Assembly: GCA_965248355.1 (NCBI GenBank)
Contig: OZ252098.1
Span: forward strand, 3,904,001-3,968,000
Direction: 5' to 3'
DNA length: 64,000 bases
DNA from: Candidatus Latescibacterota bacterium
Lineage (GTDB): Bacteria > Latescibacterota > UBA2968 > UBA8231
The translations under genes and the position numbers were made by a program. A model generated the notes under the pieces. It saw nothing but the letters and a program-made list of their open reading frames with translations, was not told where the DNA came from and searched no databases. Position 1 is the first letter of the stretch; the number at the start of each line of letters is the position of its first letter. Of this stretch, positions 10,718 through 19,655 are shown one piece after another.

Positions 10718-10990
10718 AGGTCACCGGCATCGACATCCGGACCCTGCCGTACGACGAGGCAGGGCTGACCCGGCGCACCATCTACGTCGCCCGCCTGCCC
10801 GCCCCGACCCCGGGAACCCGAACTTCATGGTCCGGCCCGACTGGAGCCGCAGCTTGATGCCCATGAGCTTCGCGGCGTCCCTGGAAGACCGAGTGCTGGG
10901 ATGACGACGGCTCACCCGGCTTCAGCGCCATGATGGCGCGTCTCGAGCGGGGAGCGGGGCGGTGTTGGAAGGCGGCGGCGGGAGCTGAAC
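10714..10990 (+). pseudogene. Fragmented remnant, probably of an enolase-superfamily gene
   Basis: Coupled GTGA start gives MKVTGIDIRTL (typical enolase-family N-terminus), then the frame degenerates. Confidence 0.4.
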
Positions 10991-13069
10991 TCAGTGGTTG
11001 GCGGGGTCTTCGCCCACTGCCTGCAGATGCAGGACACTCATGCCGTAGACGATGAGGCGCGGAATCGTGAAGCGGACCGTCGACCCGCTCTCTTCGTGGT
11101 CCAGCAGAACCGGTTCCCGCATCTCCGGATAGTGCCACTCGACCCGCTCCACCCGAAAGCCGCCAGGAACTTCACACTCCGCCTGGAGCGGGCCAACGGG
11201 CAGCGGAATCTCGATGGCGGCTTCCTCGTCCTGCCGGTAGTTGATCCAGTGGATGACCACGGCGTCCACATCGTGCGGGTGCCAGGCGCGCACCCGCACG
11301 AACCAGGGCGCATCCGTGACCAGCCGGGGCCGGCCGACCAGTTCCTCCAGCTCCCGCAGGAACCGTTGGCCGAAGGGATCTTCCTCCAGCCTGGGATAGA
11401 TCGGCATCTCCTGCGGTATCCCCTTGATCGGCACCGTCTCGGGAGCCCAGGGTCCGTCGGGAATGTGCATGGCCCCTGGCGTGAGGCCGCTGATCGATCC
11501 GGCCGGCGGAGGTGCTCTCAGGGCCTGCAGCAGCGGCTGCTCGTGCGGTGACCCGTCGATGTCGAGGCGGCCGCTGTTGCCTGTGAAGACCAGGCGCCCT
11601 CCTGAACGGACGAACTCCTCCAGCCGCTCGCCCTCCGCCGCGCTGAGTCTCTGAATCTCCGGCAGGACGAGGGCCTCGTAGTCGCCGGCGCGCTCGATCA
11701 GCTGCTCGTCGAGGATGATGTCGAAGAGCCAGTGGGCGTCCTCCAGATGCTGCCCGATTCGCTTGAGGGCGTCGAGGCAGTCCATCTCCGCCTGCATCTC
11801 CGCTCTTCGGGGATAGACGACGGCGATCTGGGACCACGGGGCCGCCGGGTGCAGCAGCTCCTCGTGGTGGAGCATGAAGCGCTGGTAGCGGATGACGGGT
11901 CCGTAAAAGTCCTCCGGCGCGACGTTGCCGCTCTCCTCCTGTTGGACCCGCGGAGGCCCGGCGTGAAAGGCCAGGGCCGTGCCGTGATGGGCCATCGCCT
12001 CGCCGGCCCAGATGCGCCAGCGCTTGTAGTCGTACTTGTTGATGACGAAGGGCCTGCCGCCGCCGGCGGCGTACATGAAGCGGGACGGCAGTCCCATGTC
12101 GGCGAGGTAGCCCTGGGAGAGGGAGCTGACCGCCTTGGACGGCCCCTGGCTGTACCAGAGATAGTCCTCCCCCCGGGCCCACAACTCCGGCGGCAGCAGA
12201 GACCGTTCGTCGTGGGGCCGGAAGTCGTATTTGTGGTACCACTGCGCCAGCAGCAGATCGGGCTTGAGGGACCGCCCGTACTCGATGAAGACCTCGTCGA
12301 AGGACTCCTTGCGTTTGAGGCCCGACCCCTGTTCCAGGAGGAGGGGCAGACGCTGTGCCAGCTCTTCCGGGCAATCCGCACGGGGCGCGAAGACGTCGGG
12401 CACCTCCTCCAGGTCGGCGCATCCGAAGATCGCCTCCGTCTCTTCTTCCGTCAGTCGAGCGCCGAGATAGCGGCGCGCATAGTCGGAGCAGTGCCCGCAG
12501 TGGCAGAGGGACTCGTAGTGGTGGGTGGCATTGAAGCCGTCCAGCCCGAGCTCGAGGCCCTTGCGCACCATCGCCTTGAGGATCGCCAACCACCGTGGAT
12601 TGCTCATGCAGCCGCGATAGGTGCGATAGGGCCGGCCGGGGATGGTGCGCCAGCTCGGCGATCCGTCGGCATTGCGCTGCAGGACCTCTTCGGGGCCGGC
12701 GCACGGCGGCGGGCCCAGCAGATCGTCGGTCCACATGCGCGCCCAGTTCGGGCCGAAAAGGCCGATCCCTTCCTCGTGATTCCCGAAGTGCATGGTCGTC
12801 GACAACTGCCCCGTGACGAGGGCCCCGGCTTCCTGTATCCGGGAGATGACCTCGGCGGCCAGGTCCAGGTTGGCCTTCACACCGCCCAGGGGCATGCCCG
12901 ACCACGACGGTTCGACACTCTCGTCGCCGGCCAGGGAATAGAATTCGACCCCGAAGTTGCCCACCTGCACCAGTTGGATCCTGGCCCGGCGCACGTGGTC
13001 GAGGACCTGCGGCGCGTCCGGCAGGATCCAGTGCTCGATGATTCGGCTTATGCGGCGGTATGCAGCCAT
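10991..13069 (-). CDS. Glycoside-hydrolase-like protein with beta-galactosidase trimerisation-like domain
   Basis: Long ORF with GAGG RBS, CHCGHC motif, IAVVYP and YEALVLPE...GGRLVFTG segments. Confidence 0.7.
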   Translation of the reverse strand: MAAYRRISRIIEHWILPDAPQVLDHVRRARIQLVQVGNFGVEFYSLAGDESVEPSWSGMPLGGVKANLDLAAEVISRIQEAGALVTGQLSTTMHFGNHEEGIGLFGPNWARMWTDDLLGPPPCAGPEEVLQRNADGSPSWRTIPGRPYRTYRGCMSNPRWLAILKAMVRKGLELGLDGFNATHHYESLCHCGHCSDYARRYLGARLTEEETEAIFGCADLEEVPDVFAPRADCPEELAQRLPLLLEQGSGLKRKESFDEVFIEYGRSLKPDLLLAQWYHKYDFRPHDERSLLPPELWARGEDYLWYSQGPSKAVSSLSQGYLADMGLPSRFMYAAGGGRPFVINKYDYKRWRIWAGEAMAHHGTALAFHAGPPRVQQEESGNVAPEDFYGPVIRYQRFMLHHEELLHPAAPWSQIAVVYPRRAEMQAEMDCLDALKRIGQHLEDAHWLFDIILDEQLIERAGDYEALVLPEIQRLSAAEGERLEEFVRSGGRLVFTGNSGRLDIDGSPHEQPLLQALRAPPPAGSISGLTPGAMHIPDGPWAPETVPIKGIPQEMPIYPRLEEDPFGQRFLRELEELVGRPRLVTDAPWFVRVRAWHPHDVDAVVIHWINYRQDEEAAIEIPLPVGPLQAECEVPGGFRVERVEWHYPEMREPVLLDHEESGSTVRFTIPRLIVYGMSVLHLQAVGEDPANH

Positions 13070-13178
13070 TCTTCGCCTCGGTTGGGGGCAATGCCCCACT
13101 CTACGGGAGGTTCGAATTCACCCTCGAGCGATCTACCCACGGACGGCACGACCAAGATGCCGATAGCAGCATCCACGA

Positions 13179-13362
13179 GGCCGGCGCTCCACCGGATCGA
13201 GTGGCGCCGGAGTCACCAACCAACACTCATCCAGGAGGCCCAGAGACCCGAGCGCCAGCGAGGGGCTCGCCATGCCCTCGATCCACCCCAAGTCGATAGC
13301 TCCCCCAAACACGCCCGGCGTACGCGCCGCCAAAGGCGCGGCCGGAGCCGCCGGCACCGCCC
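13179..13362 (+). repeat. Structured intergenic repeat, copy A (5' hairpin joined to core and right arm; left arm deleted)
   Basis: ccggcgctccaccggatcgagtggcgccggagt, catccaggaggcccagagacccgagc and cggcgtacgcgccgcc blocks shared with 43601 and 52590. Confidence 0.9.
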
Positions 13363-13389
13363 GTCCCGGGATAACCCAAGGGACACCCA

Positions 13390-14844
13390 TCAACACCGCA
13401 CCACATCCTCGACATCCTCCACCGCCAGCGTGTCCCCATGCACCGGCTGCACCGCCTCGCCCCACGCCTCCAGCACCTCTGCATCCCGCATCAGCTGGGC
13501 GCTGCGCCGCGCCACCCGCTCGGGGTCCCAGCCCGCATAGAGCTGGTCCAGCAACTCCCGCCGCACCGCGGCGCACGCGACATCGCCGGCCAGGTCGTTC
13601 CACTCGCCCGGGTCGTCCTCCAGGTTGAACAGGGCCGGAGGCGTGTCCCCGTGATAGGCATAGAGCTTCCACGGTCCCTGCCGGATCATTCGCGAGGGAG
13701 GATCGCCGCGGGTGGGGCCCAGCTCGCTGAAGGTGGTATCGGGGCGGGAGTCGTCCGGCAGGCCCCGCAGCTCGCTCCACAGAGAATGGCCGTCGGCCCC
13801 GGGCAGAGGCTCGCCGCCGGCGACTTCCACGGCGGTGGGTGCCCAATCGAGCAGATTGCAGATCGCCCGGTTCTCCACGCCCGCCGGCACCACCCCGGGC
13901 AGGCGGGCGATGAGGGGGACGCCCACCGAGCCTTCGTAGTAGTTGCTCTTCCACCAGCAGCCGTGCTCGCCGGCCATCTCCCCGTGGTCGCTGGCGTAGA
14001 CCACCAGGGTGTTGTCGCCGAGGCCGGTCTCGTCGAGCTTGTCGAGGAGCTGGCCCACCTTGCGGTCGAAGTACTCGCACAGACCGAAGTAGGCGGCCCT
14101 CGCCACGCGGATGCGCTCGGCGGGGAGGGGCTCGTCGATGCCGCGGTGCCTCTTGAAATTGCTCACCGCCGCCGGCTCCCCGGCCGGGTCGGGTTGGGGC
14201 ACGTCGACGCGGTCGTAGTAGTAGTCGTAGAGATCCCTGGGAGCGAAGAACGGGCAGTGGGGCAGCAGGAATCCGGCCACCGCGGCAAAGGGCCGGTCGT
14301 GCCCTTGCGCCTTCTCCTCCAGGTAGGCGCAAGCCGCGTCGGCGACGCGGTCGTCAAAGGCCTGGTACGTGGTGCGGCCGTGCCCGGCGATCTCGACGCT
14401 TTCGCGGGTCTGGCCTGAGGTGCTGGCGGGGATCTCCTTGAACATGGGACCGCCCGGCTGGGCGGCGCCCGGATGCAGGGCGCTGTACTCGCCGATGGGC
14501 CGGCGCTCGAAGCCGTGGCGCTGGTCGGCGCCGACAAAGTGCATGCGGCCGATCAGGGCGGTCTCGTATCCGGCGGCGCCCACGGCATGGGCCCAGGTGG
14601 GCAGGGCCGAGCTGAGGATGTGCTCGTTGAGCCAGACCTCGTTGGCGCTGGGCCGCCGTCCGGTCATGAAGGCCATGCGCGCCGGCACGCACAGGGGCGA
14701 GGGGGTGTATGCATTGACGAAGCGCATGCCCTCGCCGGCCAGGCGGTCGAGGTGCGGGGTGCGCACCACGGAATCACCGTAGCAGCCGAGGTGGAACTTG
14801 CTGTGCTGGTCGGAGAGGATGAAGAGGATGTTGGGGCGGTTCAT
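13390..14844 (-). CDS. Sulfatase (choline-sulfatase-like)
   Basis: NILFILSDQH, CVPAR formylglycine motif, GRMHF and SDHGEM. Confidence 0.93.
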   Translation of the reverse strand: MNRPNILFILSDQHSKFHLGCYGDSVVRTPHLDRLAGEGMRFVNAYTPSPLCVPARMAFMTGRRPSANEVWLNEHILSSALPTWAHAVGAAGYETALIGRMHFVGADQRHGFERRPIGEYSALHPGAAQPGGPMFKEIPASTSGQTRESVEIAGHGRTTYQAFDDRVADAACAYLEEKAQGHDRPFAAVAGFLLPHCPFFAPRDLYDYYYDRVDVPQPDPAGEPAAVSNFKRHRGIDEPLPAERIRVARAAYFGLCEYFDRKVGQLLDKLDETGLGDNTLVVYASDHGEMAGEHGCWWKSNYYEGSVGVPLIARLPGVVPAGVENRAICNLLDWAPTAVEVAGGEPLPGADGHSLWSELRGLPDDSRPDTTFSELGPTRGDPPSRMIRQGPWKLYAYHGDTPPALFNLEDDPGEWNDLAGDVACAAVRRELLDQLYAGWDPERVARRSAQLMRDAEVLEAWGEAVQPVHGDTLAVEDVEDVVRC

Positions 14845-14903
14845 GGCTTTGGACTGGCAGGCGCGAGTAATTTAGGACGCCCGATACCTCCAGCAAGAGA
14901 GCG

Positions 14904-16145
14904 ATGCAGAGCGTGAGACTCGCCAGAGGGAGCGTCCTCGAGCCCCTGGCCAACGGGGATTTCGTGCGCCTGTGGCTGGCCAACGGCCTCTGGTGGCAGG
15001 CCATGTGGATGGAGATGCTGGCCCTGGGGTGGCTCGCCCTGGAGCTGACCAACTCCCCGTGGTGGGTCCAGGTCATCGCCTTCTACCGCGCCGTTCCCCT
15101 GCTGATCGTGGGTCTCTTCGGAGCCGTGATCACCGATCGCTTCAGGCGGCGCTACATCGTCCAGATCCTGCAGCTGGTCAATGTCCTGGGGCTGGGGCTG
15201 CTGGCCCTCCTGCTCTACCATGGAGAGCTGGAGGTGTGGCACCTGTCGGTTGTGTCGCTGGTGCTGGGGGCCGCCTGGGCGCTGGACTGGCCCACCCGCC
15301 GCAGCATGGTGCCGGATCTCGTCGGCAAGGCCCGCATCGTCGACGCCATGGTGCTGGAGAACGTCATCCAGGGGATTACGCGCATAGCCGGCCCCCTGGC
15401 GGCGGGCTACGTGACCGCGGCCTATGGCAGCCTGGGCGCCCTGCTGGTGCTGGTCGGGCTGGGCACCATGGGGCTGATCCTGCTGGCCGGCATGAAGACG
15501 GACTCCAGGGCACCGGCCAGGGGCACCTTGGCGGCGGGGTGGGCCGGCCGGCAGGGATGGGCCAGTCTGCGCGCCTCGGCCCCGATCTTCGGCGTCTTCC
15601 TCGTCACCGTCCTCATGAACATCTGGACCTTCCCCTACATGAACCTGCTGCCCGTCTTCGCGCGGGACGTGTACGGCCTCGGCCCGGAAGCGATGGGGTG
15701 GCTGGGTGCCGCCGGTGGGGCCGGGACGATCGTGGGACTCGCCGCCGTCCAGCTCGGCCGCAGGAACCTGAGCAACGAGTGGGTCTTCGTGGGCGGCTCC
15801 CTGCTCTCGTGCATGGGCATCGCCGCCTTCGCCTTCAGCGGAACCCTTGGCCTCGCTCTCGTGATGCTGTTCTGCTCCGGCCTGGGGCAGGCCGGCTTCA
15901 GCATCATGCAGAGCAGCATCATCCTGGTGGAGTCCTCGGACGAGATGCGCAGCCGGGCCATGAGCACCCTGGTCGTGGCCATCGGCGTCGGCCCCATCGG
16001 CCGCCTGCAGAGCGGGGCCCTGGCCGAGACCTGGGGAGCCCAGGGAGCCGTGGGCATCATGGCCGTCCTGGGGGCGCTGGGGATTGCGGCGACGGCGGTC
16101 TTCCTGCGGGGATTCGTGGGCCGGAGAGAGCGAGCCGCCCCATGA
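14904..16145 (+). CDS. MFS transporter
   Basis: About 12 hydrophobic segments; GAVITDRFRRR motif A. Confidence 0.9.
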   Translation: MQSVRLARGSVLEPLANGDFVRLWLANGLWWQAMWMEMLALGWLALELTNSPWWVQVIAFYRAVPLLIVGLFGAVITDRFRRRYIVQILQLVNVLGLGLLALLLYHGELEVWHLSVVSLVLGAAWALDWPTRRSMVPDLVGKARIVDAMVLENVIQGITRIAGPLAAGYVTAAYGSLGALLVLVGLGTMGLILLAGMKTDSRAPARGTLAAGWAGRQGWASLRASAPIFGVFLVTVLMNIWTFPYMNLLPVFARDVYGLGPEAMGWLGAAGGAGTIVGLAAVQLGRRNLSNEWVFVGGSLLSCMGIAAFAFSGTLGLALVMLFCSGLGQAGFSIMQSSIILVESSDEMRSRAMSTLVVAIGVGPIGRLQSGALAETWGAQGAVGIMAVLGALGIAATAVFLRGFVGRRERAAP

Positions 16146-16654
16146 GAGAGAGCCGATGCGTCCTCTTCGATTGGGGCAACACCTTGATGCGGGACTTCCC
16201 GGACTACAAGGGGCCCATGGCTGTCTGGCCCCATGTCGAGACCCTGCCCAACGTCAAGGAGGTGCTCATTCAACTGCGCCCCCAGTGGACGCTGGCCCTC
16301 GCTACCAATGCCGCCGCCTCGGATGAGGCCGCCGTCTGGAGAGCACTCGAACGGGGAGGCATCGCTCCCCTGCTGGACAAGGTCTACTGTTTCCAGAAGA
16401 TCGGCCACAGCAAGCCGGCGCAGGGGTTCTTCGACTACATAGTCAGGGACCTGCCCATGGAGAGAGACCGCATCGTCATGGTAGGCGATGACTTCGAGAA
16501 CGACATCCTCGGAGCTAGCCGCGCAGGCATCCGAAGCATCTGGTTGAACCAGTCATCAGATGAAGCCAGGGTCGGGGAGTTGTACCAGACCATCCACGAT
16601 CTCCGATCCCTGCCGGATCTACTCTCCACTCTTGCCACCGACGCCGATGCTTGA
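16142..16654 (+). CDS. HAD family hydrolase
   Basis: LFDWGNTL, SKP and MVGDDFENDILGA motifs; ATGA overlap. Confidence 0.88.
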   Translation: MRESRCVLFDWGNTLMRDFPDYKGPMAVWPHVETLPNVKEVLIQLRPQWTLALATNAAASDEAAVWRALERGGIAPLLDKVYCFQKIGHSKPAQGFFDYIVRDLPMERDRIVMVGDDFENDILGASRAGIRSIWLNQSSDEARVGELYQTIHDLRSLPDLLSTLATDADA

Positions 16655-16838
16655 TCCCCGCGCCAAAGCCCCTCCATTCACGATCTCCAATCCCTGATCC
16701 CGGCATGAAAGTCCCCTCTCGCTCCCACCCACGCCCCGTCGACAAAATCCCCCGGCGCCGATTCTGCACCATTCGCTGCCGTCGCCCAACTCTCCCCTCT
16801 CTCACAGGCCCCGATGCCTACCAAAACTCTCCCTTCGA

Positions 16839-17039
16839 GGGCGGCGCCGGCGGCGCAGCCCGCGCCGAGGCGGCGCACTACGCCGGGCGGGTCAACAACC
16901 CATCCGCATCCCGAAGGCCCAGAGACCCGAGCGCAGCGAGGGGCTCGCCAGCCCTGAGGATCCCCTTGAGCGATAGTTCCACCAACCAGCACAGGCGTAC
17001 GCGCCGCCCGAGGCGCGGGCGGAGCCGCCGGCGACGCCC
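16839..17039 (+). repeat. Structured intergenic repeat, copy B (left arm, core, right arm)
   Basis: gggtcaacaacc...ggcccagagacccgagcgcagcgaggggctcgccag...cgatag...ggcgtacgcgccgcc; the two arms are complementary. Confidence 0.9.
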
Positions 17040-17068
17040 ACGCCAGGAGACCCCCCAAAGGCTGACCG

Positions 17069-18688
17069 ATGGGCAAACACGACTTCCCAAAAATCATCTT
17101 CACCGACGACGGCTGGATCTTCAGCTCGGAACCCCCGGTCTTCGAGGCCGACCTGCGCGACAAGGTGGTCGCCGGGTACGCCGGCACCGGCGGCGCCCTC
17201 TGGTGGTCGACCGGCGATCACGAGGTCTACCACTTCGAGACCCAGATCGGCGAGATCTTCGGCGCCGAGCAGCCCTCCCTCGAAGGCCTCGACGAGCTGT
17301 ATTCCTTCGTTCACTCCGCCGGCGGGGACGACGCCTATCCGAAGGTGGCGGCCAACGTGCGCTCCCTCATCGAGGAGTGCGGCGGCCCCCTGACGGCCCT
17401 GCTGCGCCTCTGCCGGGAAAGGGGCATCCCCTTCTTTCCGCGGGTGCGCATGAACAGCCACTACGTCATCGACTCCCGCCACCCGGGATACGGCAACTAC
17501 CGGCGCCGCCACCCGGACCGCCTCATCGCCCGCCCCGGGGAGCGCTTCGCCGAGGGCACCATCGAGCACGGCATCGGCACCGGCCTCGACTACGCCCACC
17601 CCGGCAACCGCGCCTTCGTCACCCGCATCATCTGCGAGTGCTTCGAGCGCTTCGACGTGGACGGCGTCGAGCTCGACTTCATGCGCCACCCGGCCTTCTT
17701 CCGCGTCGAGGAGGGGTACGCCAACCGCCACTTCATGACCGGCCTCGTGCGCGAGGTGCGCGCGCGCCTGCGGGCGGTCTCCGAGGAGCGCGGCCGCCGG
17801 CTGCTGCTCGGGGTCCGCGTGCCGCCGGGGATCGCCGACTGCAACCGCGTCGGCCTCGACATCGTCCGCTGGCTGGAGGAGGGCCTCGTCGACATCGTCG
17901 TCGTCGGGGGCGGTTTCATCTCCTTCGAGACCCCGGTCGACGAGTTCGTCGCCGCCGCCGACGGGACCGGCGCGCTGGTGTACGGATGCATCGAGGCGAC
18001 CCGGGACAGCGACGACCGCAAGCTGCGCGCCCTGACCTTCCGCTGGCTCAACGACGGCGCCCACGGCGTCTACCTCTACAACTTCTATACCCGCTCACCG
18101 GAGTGGAACCGCCGCATCGCCTCCGAGCTGACCGACCTGGCGAAGCTCCGGCGCCTCGACAAGCGCTACGAGCTCGAGACCACCGGCTCCGCGTACGGCT
18201 CCTCCGGGCACAGCAGCGCCTTCGCCCTGGCCCAGTCGCAGACGCAGCTTCCGGTGCGGCTGCAGCCGGACGACCCCGGCGAAGGACCGGTCCTGCGTCT
18301 AACCATCGCCGACGATCTCGAAGCGGCGCGTGAAGCCGGGGAGCTCGGCCCCTGCCGGCTGACCCTGCGGTTCGACGGCCTCGAGGAGAGCGACTCTCTC
18401 GCCGTCCGCGTCAACGGCGGCGAGTTGGACTGGAGGGAGGCCGAGGTTTCCTTCGACGGGTGGGAAGAGCTGAGCGCGGCCTCGCTCTTCTGGCTGAGCT
18501 ACCCCGCCGAGCCGGTGGAGCGGCACATGGAGGGATCGAGCGCCTCGTACGCGGTCACCGCGCCGCCGCTGCAACAGGGAGAGAACGAGATCGAGGTCCG
18601 CCTGCTCTCGGAAGCCCGCACCCCCGACCGCCACGTCTCCCTGACCGGCCTCGAGATCGACCTCACCTACCGAAGGCAGGACCGATGA
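17069..18688 (+). CDS. Family 10-like glycosyl hydrolase (GHL10/DUF187-like)
   Basis: RVRMNS, LDYAHP, DVDGVELDFMRH and GVYLYN motifs. Confidence 0.75.
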   Translation: MGKHDFPKIIFTDDGWIFSSEPPVFEADLRDKVVAGYAGTGGALWWSTGDHEVYHFETQIGEIFGAEQPSLEGLDELYSFVHSAGGDDAYPKVAANVRSLIEECGGPLTALLRLCRERGIPFFPRVRMNSHYVIDSRHPGYGNYRRRHPDRLIARPGERFAEGTIEHGIGTGLDYAHPGNRAFVTRIICECFERFDVDGVELDFMRHPAFFRVEEGYANRHFMTGLVREVRARLRAVSEERGRRLLLGVRVPPGIADCNRVGLDIVRWLEEGLVDIVVVGGGFISFETPVDEFVAAADGTGALVYGCIEATRDSDDRKLRALTFRWLNDGAHGVYLYNFYTRSPEWNRRIASELTDLAKLRRLDKRYELETTGSAYGSSGHSSAFALAQSQTQLPVRLQPDDPGEGPVLRLTIADDLEAAREAGELGPCRLTLRFDGLEESDSLAVRVNGGELDWREAEVSFDGWEELSAASLFWLSYPAEPVERHMEGSSASYAVTAPPLQQGENEIEVRLLSEARTPDRHVSLTGLEIDLTYRRQDR

Positions 18689-19647
18689 CCAACCCTCTGC
18701 CCCGCGGCATCCGCCCCGCCTTTCCGCGGGACACCCCGGCCGGCCAGGTGAGAGCCAGGTTCTTGGAGGTTCTCGGAATGGACCGCATACCCGAGGCGGT
18801 CGACTCGACCGTGGAAACCGTGGCCGAGGACGGGGTCAACCGGGAGCTGCGCGTCTCGTATATGAACTCCCTCGGTGAGCCCCTCACAGGCACCGCCCTC
18901 GTCCCCCTCGACCCATCCGGCGACCGGATAGCCGGCGTCGTCTGCATGCACGGCACCGGCGGAACGACGGCAAACGTCCTGGCGCCCAAACTCGAGATCG
19001 ACCCCGAGAGCGGGCAGCTTCGGGGATGGGGCCGGGAGCTGGCCCAACGCGGCTACGCCACGATATCGATCTCCCTCAAGGGGTCCGTGGTCCGCCGCGG
19101 CACCGCGGAAGCATGGGAGGAGGAGGCGAAGCTGCTGGAGGCGTACGGCCGCCCCCACGCCGGCATCGTCGCCGAGGAGGCCCTGCTGGCGGCGCGCGTC
19201 CTGGCCGCCCTCCCCGGGGTGGATTCCAACCGCATCGGCCTGACCGGCATGTCCCTGGGCGGCATGGCCACCTGGACCGCCATGGCCTGCGATCCAACGA
19301 TCCGCGCCGGCGCCGCCGTCTGCGGAGTGCTGGGCAGCCTGTCGCGCCTGATCCACGAAGGCAACATCCAGCGCCACAGCTCCCTGGTCTTCGTGCCCCA
19401 CTTGCTGCGCTACTTCGACCACGGCGACATCGTCGCCGGCTGCATCGCCCCCCGCCCCTTCATGGCCGTCGCCCCCCTGGAGGACGTCGACATGCCGAGG
19501 ACCGCCGTCGACGACTTCGTCCGCACCGTCGCGCCGGCCTACGCCGAGGCCAAGGAGCGGTTCCTGGTGCACCGCCCCGCGGGCGGCCACGTCTTCACGG
19601 TCGAAGCCTTCGAGCAGGTGGTCGACTGGTTCGACCGGTTCCTCTGA
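18685..19647 (+). CDS. Alpha/beta hydrolase (dienelactone hydrolase-like)
   Basis: CMHG, RIGLTGMSLGG nucleophile elbow, terminal GGH. Confidence 0.85.
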   Translation: MTNPLPRGIRPAFPRDTPAGQVRARFLEVLGMDRIPEAVDSTVETVAEDGVNRELRVSYMNSLGEPLTGTALVPLDPSGDRIAGVVCMHGTGGTTANVLAPKLEIDPESGQLRGWGRELAQRGYATISISLKGSVVRRGTAEAWEEEAKLLEAYGRPHAGIVAEEALLAARVLAALPGVDSNRIGLTGMSLGGMATWTAMACDPTIRAGAAVCGVLGSLSRLIHEGNIQRHSSLVFVPHLLRYFDHGDIVAGCIAPRPFMAVAPLEDVDMPRTAVDDFVRTVAPAYAEAKERFLVHRPAGGHVFTVEAFEQVVDWFDRFL

Positions 19648-19655
19648 CGAGTCCT

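Noticed and set aside
16651..18333. Long Arg/Pro-rich ORFs (this one and many others), including similar peptides such as RRPRDPSAARGSP
   Set aside because: These are high-GC alternative-frame artefacts. The shared peptides come from translating the DNA repeat, and its indels do not preserve frame.
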